A stretch of 64,000 nucleotides of DNA from a virus (Duplodnaviria; Caudoviricetes): positions 4,825 to 68,824 of the IMG/VR virus record IMGVR_UViG_2548876929_000003; one strand, written 5' to 3'. The translations under genes and the position numbers were made by a program. A model generated the notes under the pieces. It did no database searches, had not been told where the DNA came from, and saw only the letters and a list, made by a program, of their open reading frames with translations. Shown here piece after piece: positions 47,093 through 55,887 of this stretch. Each line of letters opens with the position of its first letter. The first letter of the stretch is position 1.

Positions 47093-47614
47093 TTAATCCT
47101 CTGATTTCTCCGCCTCAATCGCCAACACTCTAAAATAATGTGCTAGATTTTTGAATTTTGCTCCATCAATCAATTTGTCTATTCTGTCCCACTCTTCTTG
47201 TGGCAGAGTTATGGACACCTTTCGAACAACTGGTTTTTCGCCTATAGGCTTACGTCCTGCCCCTTTGCGTTTACCGCCACGACGACTTATCTCTTCTTTG
47301 ATTTCTGGTTCATTTATCAAATGATTTTCTTTGGCTTTAGGTGATGGAAATAGTGTGTATAACTCTCTGTCGGGCCAAGTAGATATTTCAACTTCAAATG
47401 CATTTACAATTGTTTCGCCATCTGCAATAGCTTTTTCACATCTCTTGATATAGTTTATATATTTCATACGCCCTTGCCCTTTTCGAAGGCGTACAATTTC
47501 ATCCATTAGCTTATCCACTCGTTGTTTTTGGAAAAATTGTTTTGTCGAATTGGAAATCCTTGACATATACGAGTATGTCTTTAGTAATTTGGTGTTAAGT
47601 TCTTCCACAATCAA
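47093..47614 (-). CDS. Protein with AT-hook-like and ribbon-helix-helix C-terminus
   Basis: RRGGKRKGAGRKP...VRKVSITLPQEEWDRID. Confidence 0.6.
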   Translation of the reverse strand: MIVEELNTKLLKTYSYMSRISNSTKQFFQKQRVDKLMDEIVRLRKGQGRMKYINYIKRCEKAIADGETIVNAFEVEISTWPDRELYTLFPSPKAKENHLINEPEIKEEISRRGGKRKGAGRKPIGEKPVVRKVSITLPQEEWDRIDKLIDGAKFKNLAHYFRVLAIEAEKSED

Positions 47615-47704
47615 TCGCCCCTTTGAATTATGCTCTATAATTCAATTATAACATTGGCAAATTGATTTATGCACCATTTTTCTCTCGGCTTATTGTATTG
47701 GTGG

Positions 47705-48241
47705 TTACTCCCTACCTAATGCCTTCTCTATATAGTTCCTGTCAACAGAAACAAATGATAGTTCCTGACGTGAGGAAAATATTAATTGTCCTTTTAGCGT
47801 CAGTTCGTTTGCTGTTTTTGATGATATTATTCTACGCATCGTGTTATCTTCATTTTTGACTTTGTATCCGTATATTTGATTTGAGTCATCATTAAAATAA
47901 ACAGTATTAACGACTGTCCACTTTTTTGGTTTCAAAGCTTGATCCTTGGTGAGCAGGTCTATTGTCCGGTCCCTCTCTGCTAGCTGCTCCAACAACTCGA
48001 CAACTTTGGCATAATGCATATTGCTGGTTACACAGGTTTCGCGTGCTTTTCTAACTGCAATCTCACGCGACTCCACTGCGGACCTGTTACCTTCCTGTAA
48101 TTCCTTTACCTGCTGCTGGAGTGAGTCTACCAGGGCGAGCACGTCTTCTACCTCTCTAGCTGGTAACAGGATATTTTTCTTCGCTTCGTTTTTAGCCTGC
48201 TGCATATCTTTACGGATTAAATCTATTGTCCGTTCACTCAC
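47705..48241 (-). CDS. Phage coiled-coil hypothetical protein
   Basis: ORF track. Confidence 0.6.
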   Translation of the reverse strand: MSERTIDLIRKDMQQAKNEAKKNILLPAREVEDVLALVDSLQQQVKELQEGNRSAVESREIAVRKARETCVTSNMHYAKVVELLEQLAERDRTIDLLTKDQALKPKKWTVVNTVYFNDDSNQIYGYKVKNEDNTMRRIISSKTANELTLKGQLIFSSRQELSFVSVDRNYIEKALGRE

Positions 48242-48656
48242 CTTTACCGCCTCCTTGGGGCTGTAGTAGCTCCGGGTTATCGTGTATGTTTCCTATTACC
48301 GTAATCTCTGCCGATTCGCTGAACAGATAATCTCCGTCCTTTCCGTCCAAGTCTTCAAGTAGGTACGATCCGTCAATGTGCTTTACAATTCCCGTCCGTG
48401 TGCCTGCTAGTGGGAATAGAATTTCTTCTGCAGTGCATATGTCCTTCTCATAGATATCCTTTCCGTTCTTGTCTGGCAGACCAGTGGGCCACATCAACTC
48501 AAAATCCGACAGTCGCAAAACATGATATCCTTTACCGTCCATATCCATGTACACACCGATTACCTTAGTATCAAAGTTGATACTCTCTACATGTTCAGGC
48601 TGAATCATAACTCCAAGTGACTTATACCATGCACGCGGTGCTTTAATATCTCTCAT
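48234..48656 (-). CDS. YopX-family protein
   Basis: MRDIK.RAW, PTGLPDKNGKDIYEKDI, VIGNIHDNPELL. Confidence 0.9.
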   Translation of the reverse strand: MRDIKAPRAWYKSLGVMIQPEHVESINFDTKVIGVYMDMDGKGYHVLRLSDFELMWPTGLPDKNGKDIYEKDICTAEEILFPLAGTRTGIVKHIDGSYLLEDLDGKDGDYLFSESAEITVIGNIHDNPELLQPQGGGKGE

Positions 48657-48755
48657 ATCTATTCACTCTCCTTATAGGGCTATCGCTTCATTTAACATAT
48701 TGTTTCCCTCAATTAAATCTGATAAAATTAAATTCAAAAAATTAGGAGAAAAAAC

Positions 48756-48956
48756 ATGGACTTTTTAACAGGACTTCTTATGTGTATCCCGCTTTATGCT
48801 GCATTCAGAGCTTTTGCAATTACTCGTAATCCAGAAGCAAAAAAAAGAATCCCAAAAACGACACTAAAAGCTCTAACTTTTTTTGCTTACTTTATATTTA
48901 TCGTTTTGGGATTTTTTATAATTACAGAAGCTATAGAATACCTCTCTCAGTTATAA
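48756..48956 (+). CDS. Small two-TM membrane moron
   Basis: RBS AGGAG; opposite strand; AT-rich. Confidence 0.65.
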   Translation: MDFLTGLLMCIPLYAAFRAFAITRNPEAKKRIPKTTLKALTFFAYFIFIVLGFFIITEAIEYLSQL

Positions 48957-49021
48957 TTGAATTGGTAGTTGCAAGTAGTTTTATAAATCTGAAGGGATTT
49001 AGAGTACGGGGGTAAAGGCTG

Positions 49022-49222
49022 CTATGCCTCAACCCTCTTCAAATACTCCGTAGCAAATCCGCCACTGTGCCCTTCAAGCCGCACAACCTCCGAACCACAC
49101 AAGTCCCAAGGCTCGGATTCTACTGTCCAAACCTTGTCCTTGTACTTCTCCTTACGGGCTTCATAGCAACCGTGCATTACAACCTGATCGCCTTTTTGTA
49201 GCTTATATGTCCATTCATTCAC
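49022..49222 (-). CDS. Phage hypothetical protein (SH3-like small beta domain)
   Basis: LQKGDQVVMHGCYEA...VVRLEGHSGGFATEYL. Confidence 0.6.
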   Translation of the reverse strand: MNEWTYKLQKGDQVVMHGCYEARKEKYKDKVWTVESEPWDLCGSEVVRLEGHSGGFATEYLKRVEA

Positions 49223-49520
49223 CTTTCCCGCCTCCTTGAGAAGCAGAACTACTTTGATAGGAATCAGGGATTTTAACCTTTACAGGCGGTCGATCATACA
49301 CAGTCAGGGTTAATCCTTCATTGCGGAAATTTTCCAAATAAAAATGAGTCCGTACTATTTTATCTTCACGAATAAACCAGAACTCTAAAGAATCCCCTTT
49401 AATATCAGTTATAATCCCGGTTTCATCTATTTCATCGCCGCCCTCGTCGTGTCCAGTAACACGCGCCAGCATCCTACGCAAATTGGGGTTAAACGCCCAC
49501 GACTGTACTGCTAATTCCAT
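49215..49520 (-). CDS. Phage hypothetical protein
   Basis: ORF track; RBS AAGGAG. Confidence 0.6.
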   Translation of the reverse strand: MELAVQSWAFNPNLRRMLARVTGHDEGGDEIDETGIITDIKGDSLEFWFIREDKIVRTHFYLENFRNEGLTLTVYDRPPVKVKIPDSYQSSSASQGGGKGE

Positions 49521-49556
49521 TTATAATCGTCTCCTTATATATAGGGGTATCACCCC

Positions 49557-49916
49557 TCATTTATCTTTAATGGCTCTATAAGCAACACCCAGAGCATCGC
49601 CCATCGCCAAGTCCTCCGGTATTTTACGCGCATATTTCTGGTATAAGTCTGGAGCCGCAAAGTAGAGAGAATGAAAAATTTCATCTCGTCCGGTTAAACA
49701 CTTACCGATCAATTTTTCCGTGTATTCCTTGCGAAACTCAGGATGTTGGACGCTCATTCCCCAAATTTGATGGATATGGTCACGGTGTCTACTAGCTGTA
49801 TAAGTCTTTATACAAAGCATGCCGAGTGCCGGGTTGCTTCTTATTACTGCGTAAAGCTCGTTTTTAAACTCCTGCCGGATAATCCTGTATTTTCGCTTAA
49901 TACGGCTCATATTCAT
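49557..49916 (-). CDS. Phage hypothetical protein
   Basis: ORF track; RBS AAAGGAG. Confidence 0.6.
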   Translation of the reverse strand: MNMSRIKRKYRIIRQEFKNELYAVIRSNPALGMLCIKTYTASRHRDHIHQIWGMSVQHPEFRKEYTEKLIGKCLTGRDEIFHSLYFAAPDLYQKYARKIPEDLAMGDALGVAYRAIKDK

Positions 49917-49962
49917 GCTCCTTTAAGGTATATAGGGGTATAGGGTAAGAGGCTGTTATGCC

Positions 49963-50262
49963 TCACCACTCATTGCGTTTGCGGACTATCTTTAATTCTT
50001 CCTGTGTCAGTTCTACTGGTACAGGGTCATAATTGTCCTTGATGAATTGAACATCATTGCTTAGTGGCAAGCTGGCGAAGAATTTGTAACAATCTTCAAT
50101 GTCTTTCTCACCCGGCTCCGCCAGATCTTTGCGGATAACCAACAGCGCATCTGACAGCACTTTTGTATCAAGGTTCTCGTCGGCCCAATCTCCACAATCA
50201 ATACCGTCACACAGATAACGTCCATCCTTTCCCTTTGCTTTGAATGCAATAGCTTTAACCAT
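49963..50262 (-). CDS. Phage hypothetical protein
   Basis: ORF track; RBS AAAGGAG. Confidence 0.6.
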   Translation of the reverse strand: MVKAIAFKAKGKDGRYLCDGIDCGDWADENLDTKVLSDALLVIRKDLAEPGEKDIEDCYKFFASLPLSNDVQFIKDNYDPVPVELTQEELKIVRKRNEW

Positions 50263-50318
50263 GTAATATCTCTCCTTTGGTATAGGTAGTAGGGGGTGTA
50301 TCCCCCGCTAATTAGCGC

Positions 50319-50537
50319 TTATTCCCTTCCAACTATTTTTGCTGTTGCAAGCATATTTTCTAAATAGGGAATGCGACCTTTATAAAAATCTCTTTCTTCC
50401 GTTGCATCTTTAATGTCGCCACCGTGCTTACGAATCAGTTCAAGACGCTGTTCGACTTCTGGCAGCTTGGATGAAATGACATATTCAAGTTCTTCCTTAA
50501 TTTTCTTGACACCTTCGACAGTTAAAATAGTAGTCAT
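50319..50537 (-). CDS. GreA N-terminal coiled-coil-like mini protein
   Basis: ILTVEGVKKIKEELEY....LPEVEQRL...GDI...E..F..GRI.YLENMLATAKIV matches the GreA N-domain pattern; no C-terminal domain. Confidence 0.75.
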   Translation of the reverse strand: MTTILTVEGVKKIKEELEYVISSKLPEVEQRLELIRKHGGDIKDATEERDFYKGRIPYLENMLATAKIVGRE

Positions 50538-50640
50538 GCTGTTCCCTCCTTCTTATCCCCTGGGCCTGTCCTCTCTGCCCTTGGGGGCTATACTTTCCAT
50601 CGTTATTTTTTGGTATAATTTATTTAAAGGAGTTGATAAA

Positions 50641-50865
50641 ATGCTTGGTTTCATACTTATACTTTTTGCAATTATTTTTTTCGCGCTTGGTATTTTAAGT
50701 AAACGAAATCCCACTTGGGGATGGCGTGCAAACGAAGCCTGGAAGATCAAAGGTGACTCAGAACCAAGTGATGCATACATTAATGACATGAAATTTAGAG
50801 GCTCTGTATCTATTCTCTTTGGTTCCTTCTTTTTAGTATGTGGACTTTTGGTTATATTCCTGTAA
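50641..50865 (+). CDS. DUF6199-like small membrane protein (moron)
   Basis: RBS AAAGGAG before ATG 50641; NPTWGWRANEAWK..DSEPSDAY. Confidence 0.7.
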   Translation: MLGFILILFAIIFFALGILSKRNPTWGWRANEAWKIKGDSEPSDAYINDMKFRGSVSILFGSFFLVCGLLVIFL

Positions 50866-50881
50866 GATCCAATACCCTTTA

Positions 50882-51562
50882 TTAATCATCAAAATACCCA
50901 TATCCAAAAGGCACTTGCTGTTTAGCTGAAGCCCCTAAAATATCGTTTATCATGTTTTCGAAAACAGAAATCTCTTTTTCATCCATAGCTTCCAGCAAGT
51001 GTACTTCCTTAACCTTCAAAGATCGGCCTGCCGCTGTAGTAAGTAGTTCCATAACTGGTTTTATAGATTCCAGATGTTCCTTTTTTTCGGCTTCTACGCG
51101 CTTACTCGCCGCCTGTTTGCGGTTGTACTCTTCCCAATCTTGTTCATCGAACCAAAAATGATCTCCGTATTTGTCTCGGAAAGCTGAAATCCAGAATTGC
51201 AGCAGCTCCTCATTTGTTTGTATCCGATCATGACACGGCCAACAGAGCCTCAATCCGTTTGTCTTCACACCGCGCCCTTTTCTCCCGCGCGGATATACAT
51301 GATGGGTGGTCGTAGCCTCGGCGGCTTTACAGCATTCGCAGATTCCATTTGAATCGGCAATCAACTCCGCGATTACATCCTTTGAGAATTCGCCGCGCTC
51401 CTTGGTATTAGGCCGTGACTGGTGATGAGAGAGAATGTCTTTCTTCCATTCAGGAACAATTTTTTTATCCTTTTTCCGTTGTCCAAGGCTGTTGTAAGTC
51501 TTCTTTTGCTTTTGCTTTTGCTCCGGCTTCCAAAATGTTTGATGGGACATTCCCCTCGCCAC
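50882..51562 (-). CDS. HNH endonuclease-domain protein
   Basis: CECC......HHVYPR......NGLRLCWPCH. Confidence 0.8.
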   Translation of the reverse strand: MARGMSHQTFWKPEQKQKQKKTYNSLGQRKKDKKIVPEWKKDILSHHQSRPNTKERGEFSKDVIAELIADSNGICECCKAAEATTTHHVYPRGRKGRGVKTNGLRLCWPCHDRIQTNEELLQFWISAFRDKYGDHFWFDEQDWEEYNRKQAASKRVEAEKKEHLESIKPVMELLTTAAGRSLKVKEVHLLEAMDEKEISVFENMINDILGASAKQQVPFGYGYFDD

Positions 51563-51622
51563 CTTTCCTACAATTTAAATTCGTTTCTCCTTTGCTTATG
51601 CTTATATTTTGAGCCTAAACCA

Positions 51623-51805
51623 CTACTGCTCCACTACGGATTTTAGAGGTTCAAGCAGCCCTGCTTCTTCTAAAATCGAATAATACTTATATCTTTCTAA
51701 CGTTGTTACGCGCACTTTATTTATCGTATGTGATGCGTAGAAGGCTACAGCCTGCTGTACCTCAATAGGCTCATCTTCGAACTTGTTTAAGTCGAGCTTT
51801 TTCAC
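51623..51805 (-). CDS. Phage hypothetical protein
   Basis: ORF track; coupled to its neighbour. Confidence 0.55.
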   Translation of the reverse strand: MKKLDLNKFEDEPIEVQQAVAFYASHTINKVRVTTLERYKYYSILEEAGLLEPLKSVVEQ

Positions 51806-52005
51806 AAGCTCCCCTCCCTTATGCGGCGATTATATTTCTCTTGAAAATCACCCTTTATTTTAGGCGGTAAGGTATCAATTACCTCATCCCATATGTTCAA
51901 TAATTCACTGTTAACTGAGGCAAACTTTTGTATATCCACGTAACGTTCCACCAATGCCGTAGTGAACTCATCCATTTCTTGTTCTGTCATACACCATGCC
52001 TCCAT
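51802..52005 (-). CDS. Phage hypothetical protein
   Basis: ORF track; the start may be the second Met. Confidence 0.55.
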   Translation of the reverse strand: MEAWCMTEQEMDEFTTALVERYVDIQKFASVNSELLNIWDEVIDTLPPKIKGDFQEKYNRRIREGSL

Positions 52006-52072
52006 TACGTTTTTGGTTCCAGTACAATGTTGCTCTTTTGGATACAGTGTTGCGTAATCGAATCATTCAGCG

Positions 52073-52088
52073 CAGGAAAAGTTTCCTG
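52073..52088. promoter_or_regulatory. Palindrome CAGGAAA-NN-TTTCCTG in the early region
   Basis: Perfect copy, extended by AAC as at 12516 and 26510. Confidence 0.55.
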
Positions 52089-52112
52089 AACTGATCTTGG
52101 CTTGTGCCAACC

Positions 52113-52274
52113 TCACCGGATGATCCCGGTGAACGCTCTGAGCTTAATGACCTGTTTATACTCGCTCAGACGAGTTTTTAATTCTTTGATCCAAATTGTA
52201 AGTAGGATGAAACTCCACTCGAATTCCCAAAACCCGTCTTGCCAGAATACCCATTGCTTGTATGTTTTTCTCAT
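52113..52274 (-). CDS. 53-aa Trp-rich protein divergent from the XRE gene
   Basis: RBS GGAGG before MRKTYKQWVFWQDGFWEFEW. Confidence 0.45.
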   Translation of the reverse strand: MRKTYKQWVFWQDGFWEFEWSFILLTIWIKELKTRLSEYKQVIKLRAFTGIIR

Positions 52275-52306
52275 AATCAGCGCCTCCATTTTTATATGCA
52301 ATATAC

Positions 52307-52361
52307 AATATGCAAACTCGTATATTTGTTTGTAAACCAATAATATACGAGTTTGCATATT
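52307..52361. promoter_or_regulatory. Perfect 20-bp inverted repeat operator pair
   Basis: AATATGCAAACTCGTATATT (52307-52326) and its exact reverse complement (52342-52361), 15-bp spacer. Confidence 0.8.
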
Positions 52362-52424
52362 CAGTCAATAGATATTGATAAAAAATATACAACATCGTAT
52401 AATGCATTGTATTGAGGTGATATC

Positions 52425-52643
52425 ATGGCTAAGGTTGTTAGGGTGCGTCCCAATTTGACAAACATTTTGAAAGAAAGGGATATGACCCAAAATCAACTAT
52501 CAGAACTTAGTGGAGTTCCGCAAGCTTCTATCAGTCGATTCGACAAAAACGAGCGTCACGAAGCAAATATTTTATTCTCGATCTCAAAAGCACTTAATAT
52601 TTCCATTGAAGATTTATTTGTTGAGGAGCAAGAGGAAGTATGA
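52425..52643 (+). CDS. XRE/Cro-C1-type HTH regulator
   Basis: LKERDMTQNQLSELSGVPQASISRFDKN; RBS GAGGTG. Confidence 0.9.
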   Translation: MAKVVRVRPNLTNILKERDMTQNQLSELSGVPQASISRFDKNERHEANILFSISKALNISIEDLFVEEQEEV

Positions 52644-52667
52644 CCTCTGTGCTCCTTTTATTTATCC

Positions 52668-52895
52668 TCAGATTGGGTTAAGCAGCCTTTCGAGTCGCAT
52701 GATTTCTTTCTGCTGGTACTGAATAAGATCAATTGCCTCCTCCAGCGCCATAAGCTTCCAGTCATAGGCCATATCTGATACCTGGTCTATAGTTGTTCCG
52801 TATTTCTTAAGACCTTTCTCATTTTGCTTGTCCAGCAATTCTATGATCCGCTGTGTTACTTCCGGACGTTTAACTTCATTTTGAGAGCGCTTCAT
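52668..52895 (-). CDS. Phage protein, possibly MazG-like nucleotide pyrophosphohydrolase fold
   Basis: KGLKKYGTTID....W...ALEEAIDLIQY pattern. Confidence 0.4.
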   Translation of the reverse strand: MKRSQNEVKRPEVTQRIIELLDKQNEKGLKKYGTTIDQVSDMAYDWKLMALEEAIDLIQYQQKEIMRLERLLNPI

Positions 52896-53206
52896 TTAAT
52901 TTCCTCCTCCGTTCTCGGTAGAATAAGGGTACCACCGTAATACTCCATCTCTGCCTGATTAGGATCACTCACCGGACCCCAATGGTTATTGGTTTGCATG
53001 ATACGAACAATATCAGTGGCATATGGTTCGTCTGTGTTAACTACCAGATACGTATTAAGTGGAGGCTTTCCATCCAGAAGCCGCAGCTCCTGAACCTTCC
53101 ACAAAATACGAGATAGATCACTTTTCTCACGTTCATCAAGGTATTTATTGATATCCTCATTTTTTAATACGGTGAATTTTACTTGCATTCCGGCTAGTCC
53201 TGACAT
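52892..53206 (-). CDS. Phage hypothetical protein
   Basis: ORF track. Confidence 0.6.
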   Translation of the reverse strand: MSGLAGMQVKFTVLKNEDINKYLDEREKSDLSRILWKVQELRLLDGKPPLNTYLVVNTDEPYATDIVRIMQTNNHWGPVSDPNQAEMEYYGGTLILPRTEEEIK

Positions 53207-53675
53207 TTTTCCTCTCTCCTTCTGCTTGTTTTAAAAGTTTATTGATAGCTCGTTTCCGATCCGCTTTTTCTTTCTTGAACTGCTTGATCGGAATAAATTC
53301 TCCTCGTTTTTTAGTGAGTATATCTATAGGTAAAGTCGGATATTTTGCTTGGAATAATTTCAATTTGACACGGAATGTCGATGTCTCCACGCCCTTGATA
53401 TCTATTACTCGCTGAGTATCGTCTAGATTAGTGACCAGAAAATCAGCAATGTAGGTCACTTTTGGTTTCTCCTGTAGTATAAATACAGGGTGGCACTTGA
53501 AGTCTTTGATTTCTCCATACTTGCGCTGACGAAGGAGTTCTTGGCAATACTCTCCCTCTGCTTTGCTATCAAAGAGAGTACCTATCACATCTAGTTCATA
53601 CCTTTTTACAATCCATTCCTCAAATAATGTTCCATCCTCCGTGACAATGACCTTTTTGGCATTATATTTACTCAT
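53157..53675 (-). CDS. DUF1064-family PD-(D/E)XK nuclease-like protein
   Basis: SKYNAKK, FDSKAE, YIADF...VIDIKG, FRVKLKLF. Confidence 0.85.
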   Translation of the reverse strand: MSKYNAKKVIVTEDGTLFEEWIVKRYELDVIGTLFDSKAEGEYCQELLRQRKYGEIKDFKCHPVFILQEKPKVTYIADFLVTNLDDTQRVIDIKGVETSTFRVKLKLFQAKYPTLPIDILTKKRGEFIPIKQFKKEKADRKRAINKLLKQAEGERKNVRTSRNASKIHRIKK

Positions 53676-53676
53676 C

Positions 53677-54795
53677 TTATCCAGCCACCCTATAAGGAAG
53701 AACAATGTAGAAACTGGACTCGTCACTCCGAAGAGTGAGAGGCTTTAAAGAACCAGTGTACCCGAGTGTAATTACATCGTTTTCTAAGACCTTCAATGCA
53801 TCCAGCACATATTTTGCATTCAACGTCAGGTTGAAATTTTCTCCGTTGAAACTGATTGGTGTTATGCTTTCTGTTGCCTTACCCGTTTCCTTTCCCTTAC
53901 CTCGAATGTTAATTTCTTTTTCTGTAACTGAGAATGTAACAGCGTTGTTTTTTTCTTCTTTCGCCAATGTAAAAATAAGCTCCAATGATTCAATCAGTTC
54001 TTTCCGATTCACTTGTATTTCGGTAACTGCTTTAATAGCCATAGCATGGGTTGTATCAGGGTAAATCCCTTCTAGAACACGAGAATAAAATATAAATCTT
54101 TCTGTTCGTGCGAACGCATATATCACTTCCCCGCCAGAAGACTTGGAAAAACCGAATTCTACTTCATCGTTGTCATTTACGATCTTCTGTAACTCAATTA
54201 TTCCTCTAGCTTCAATAACAGCCGTACCGATATTTCCAATATCAAATTCTCTCTCAGCACGGGCCAGTCGGTGTCGGTTCGTTGCTACCATTTGAATTTT
54301 CCCGGTCTGAAGGATAACGTTTACCCCTGTAATGATAGGGTGTGATTTTCCGTCTATATCAGCCGCGAAAACTGTTTTTTTGATCAAATTTTTTAAGTCT
54401 TTTCCCTTAATCTCAACAAACTCATTTTCATTTATCTCTGGAGGAGCAGGATATTCTTCTGGAGGCATTCCAGTAATCTCAATTTCCTTATTCCGTGACT
54501 TTATGGTGACTTGATTCCCATTTTTAACTTGCAGTTCTATTTTCCCATTGATCTTTTGAAGAATATCCAATAGAACTTTAGGCAGTGCCGCCGAACCAGT
54601 CTCTTTGATGTCTATGTTTTCCTCGACAAATGATTGGATAGTTGCTCGGTCATCGGTACCAGTAACGGTTACCCTGTCCTCCGTTGCTTCGATCAAAAAG
54701 CAACTCAATATGGGGATTATTACTTTTGTTGAAATTGCCTTGCTGGCATCTTCTAAAGCCTCAGCTAATAGAGAACTGTCCACTACTATATTCAT
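53677..54795 (-). CDS. dnaN: DNA polymerase III beta sliding clamp
   Basis: 372 aa; VIIPILSCFLIEA, MVATNRHRLA, FYSRVLEGIYPD, LNAKYVLDALK. Confidence 0.92.
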   Translation of the reverse strand: MNIVVDSSLLAEALEDASKAISTKVIIPILSCFLIEATEDRVTVTGTDDRATIQSFVEENIDIKETGSAALPKVLLDILQKINGKIELQVKNGNQVTIKSRNKEIEITGMPPEEYPAPPEINENEFVEIKGKDLKNLIKKTVFAADIDGKSHPIITGVNVILQTGKIQMVATNRHRLARAEREFDIGNIGTAVIEARGIIELQKIVNDNDEVEFGFSKSSGGEVIYAFARTERFIFYSRVLEGIYPDTTHAMAIKAVTEIQVNRKELIESLELIFTLAKEEKNNAVTFSVTEKEINIRGKGKETGKATESITPISFNGENFNLTLNAKYVLDALKVLENDVITLGYTGSLKPLTLRSDESSFYIVLPYRVAG

Positions 54796-54922
54796 AAGCT
54801 CTGACCTCCTTCTTCACCGCTTCCTTCTTAGCATTTGGGTTGCATTCTGGACATGGACCCAATGCCAACATGGAGCCAAAGAAACTGTATGCTACCTTAC
54901 CGCCTCCACATGTTCTGCACAT
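54761..54922 (-). CDS. 53-aa zinc-ribbon protein (CxxC...CxxC)
   Basis: Manual translation MCRTCGGGKVAYSFFGSMLALGPCPECNPNAKK... Confidence 0.6.
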   Translation of the reverse strand: MCRTCGGGKVAYSFFGSMLALGPCPECNPNAKKEAVKKEVRAYEYSSGQFSIS

Positions 54923-54926
54923 ATGC

Positions 54927-55883
54927 TTACCCCCTACGTCTATTCCGTCCGCCTACTGGCAGTATTTTTACAAAAGGCTCAATCCGTTCAATAATCCGCT
55001 CCGCCTTCTTCTCATGCTGCCTTCTGTCCATCTCCTTGGCATCCTTTACATTGGCCAAGTGATGCCTCAATTCATTGATGGTCAAATTTGATGTGTAGAT
55101 TATCGGCAGCCGCTCCATGCGACGCTGGAGTATAGGCCCTATTACTTCATCCCTTGTCCAAACGGTCAAGGTCTCAGCTCCAATATCATCCAGTATCAGT
55201 ACAGAAGCCGTTCTGAGAGAGTCAAGCTTGTTCTCAACGGTCTCTGTCTTGGAACCAATAGCATCTTTGACTTCCAGCAGAAAATCCGGTACATAGACCA
55301 TGAGAACATCTATGTCACATTTGGCAAGTTCTTGAGCAATCGCTCCTGCTATCCGGCTCTTACCTACCCCCATCGGACCATAAAGGTACAAACCTTCTGT
55401 CGTCTCCCCTGGAACGAACGTGCTACAGAACTTCACTGCCGCCGTAATCGCAGCCAACCGCTGCGGATCAGGTTCAATGTCGTCAAAGGTGGCATCCAGA
55501 ATGTGCGATGGTATATAGTGGCTCTTGATCCTCTGTCCAATACCCTGCTGTTTCTCATACTGCTTCAGCAAATCACATTTCCGAAACCGGAATACCAACT
55601 CGTCCGATTGGGTTGGACTTGGTTCCTCAACGCTCATGTGCCCCTTCTGTTCGTTTTGACATGCTTTTAAGCCAGGGCAAGCGTCGCATGCATCGCAGTA
55701 TGAAAGATGCTGTGATACATCCCTATAGTGCCTTGGACTTGTTAAATCTACTGTCCGATCAGGATATTTCTGTTTTAGTCGTTGGATCTCAGGATGATTC
55801 TCTATGCGCTGAATGGCAGCAGCTTGGAGTTCGTAAAATCGTGAAGGTACTAAAGCCTTTAACTCTTCTTGGAAGCTTCCCAC
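54927..55883 (-). CDS. dnaI: Primosomal helicase loader DnaI
   Basis: Zn-binding N-terminus; Walker A GPMGVGKS; Walker B LILDDIGAE; RDEVIGPILQRRM. Confidence 0.9.
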   Translation of the reverse strand: MGSFQEELKALVPSRFYELQAAAIQRIENHPEIQRLKQKYPDRTVDLTSPRHYRDVSQHLSYCDACDACPGLKACQNEQKGHMSVEEPSPTQSDELVFRFRKCDLLKQYEKQQGIGQRIKSHYIPSHILDATFDDIEPDPQRLAAITAAVKFCSTFVPGETTEGLYLYGPMGVGKSRIAGAIAQELAKCDIDVLMVYVPDFLLEVKDAIGSKTETVENKLDSLRTASVLILDDIGAETLTVWTRDEVIGPILQRRMERLPIIYTSNLTINELRHHLANVKDAKEMDRRQHEKKAERIIERIEPFVKILPVGGRNRRRG

Positions 55884-55887
55884 ATTA

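Noticed and set aside
50413-50640. N-terminal extension of the + strand membrane protein
   Set aside because: Overlaps the GreA-like gene in antisense; a strong RBS supports a start at 50641
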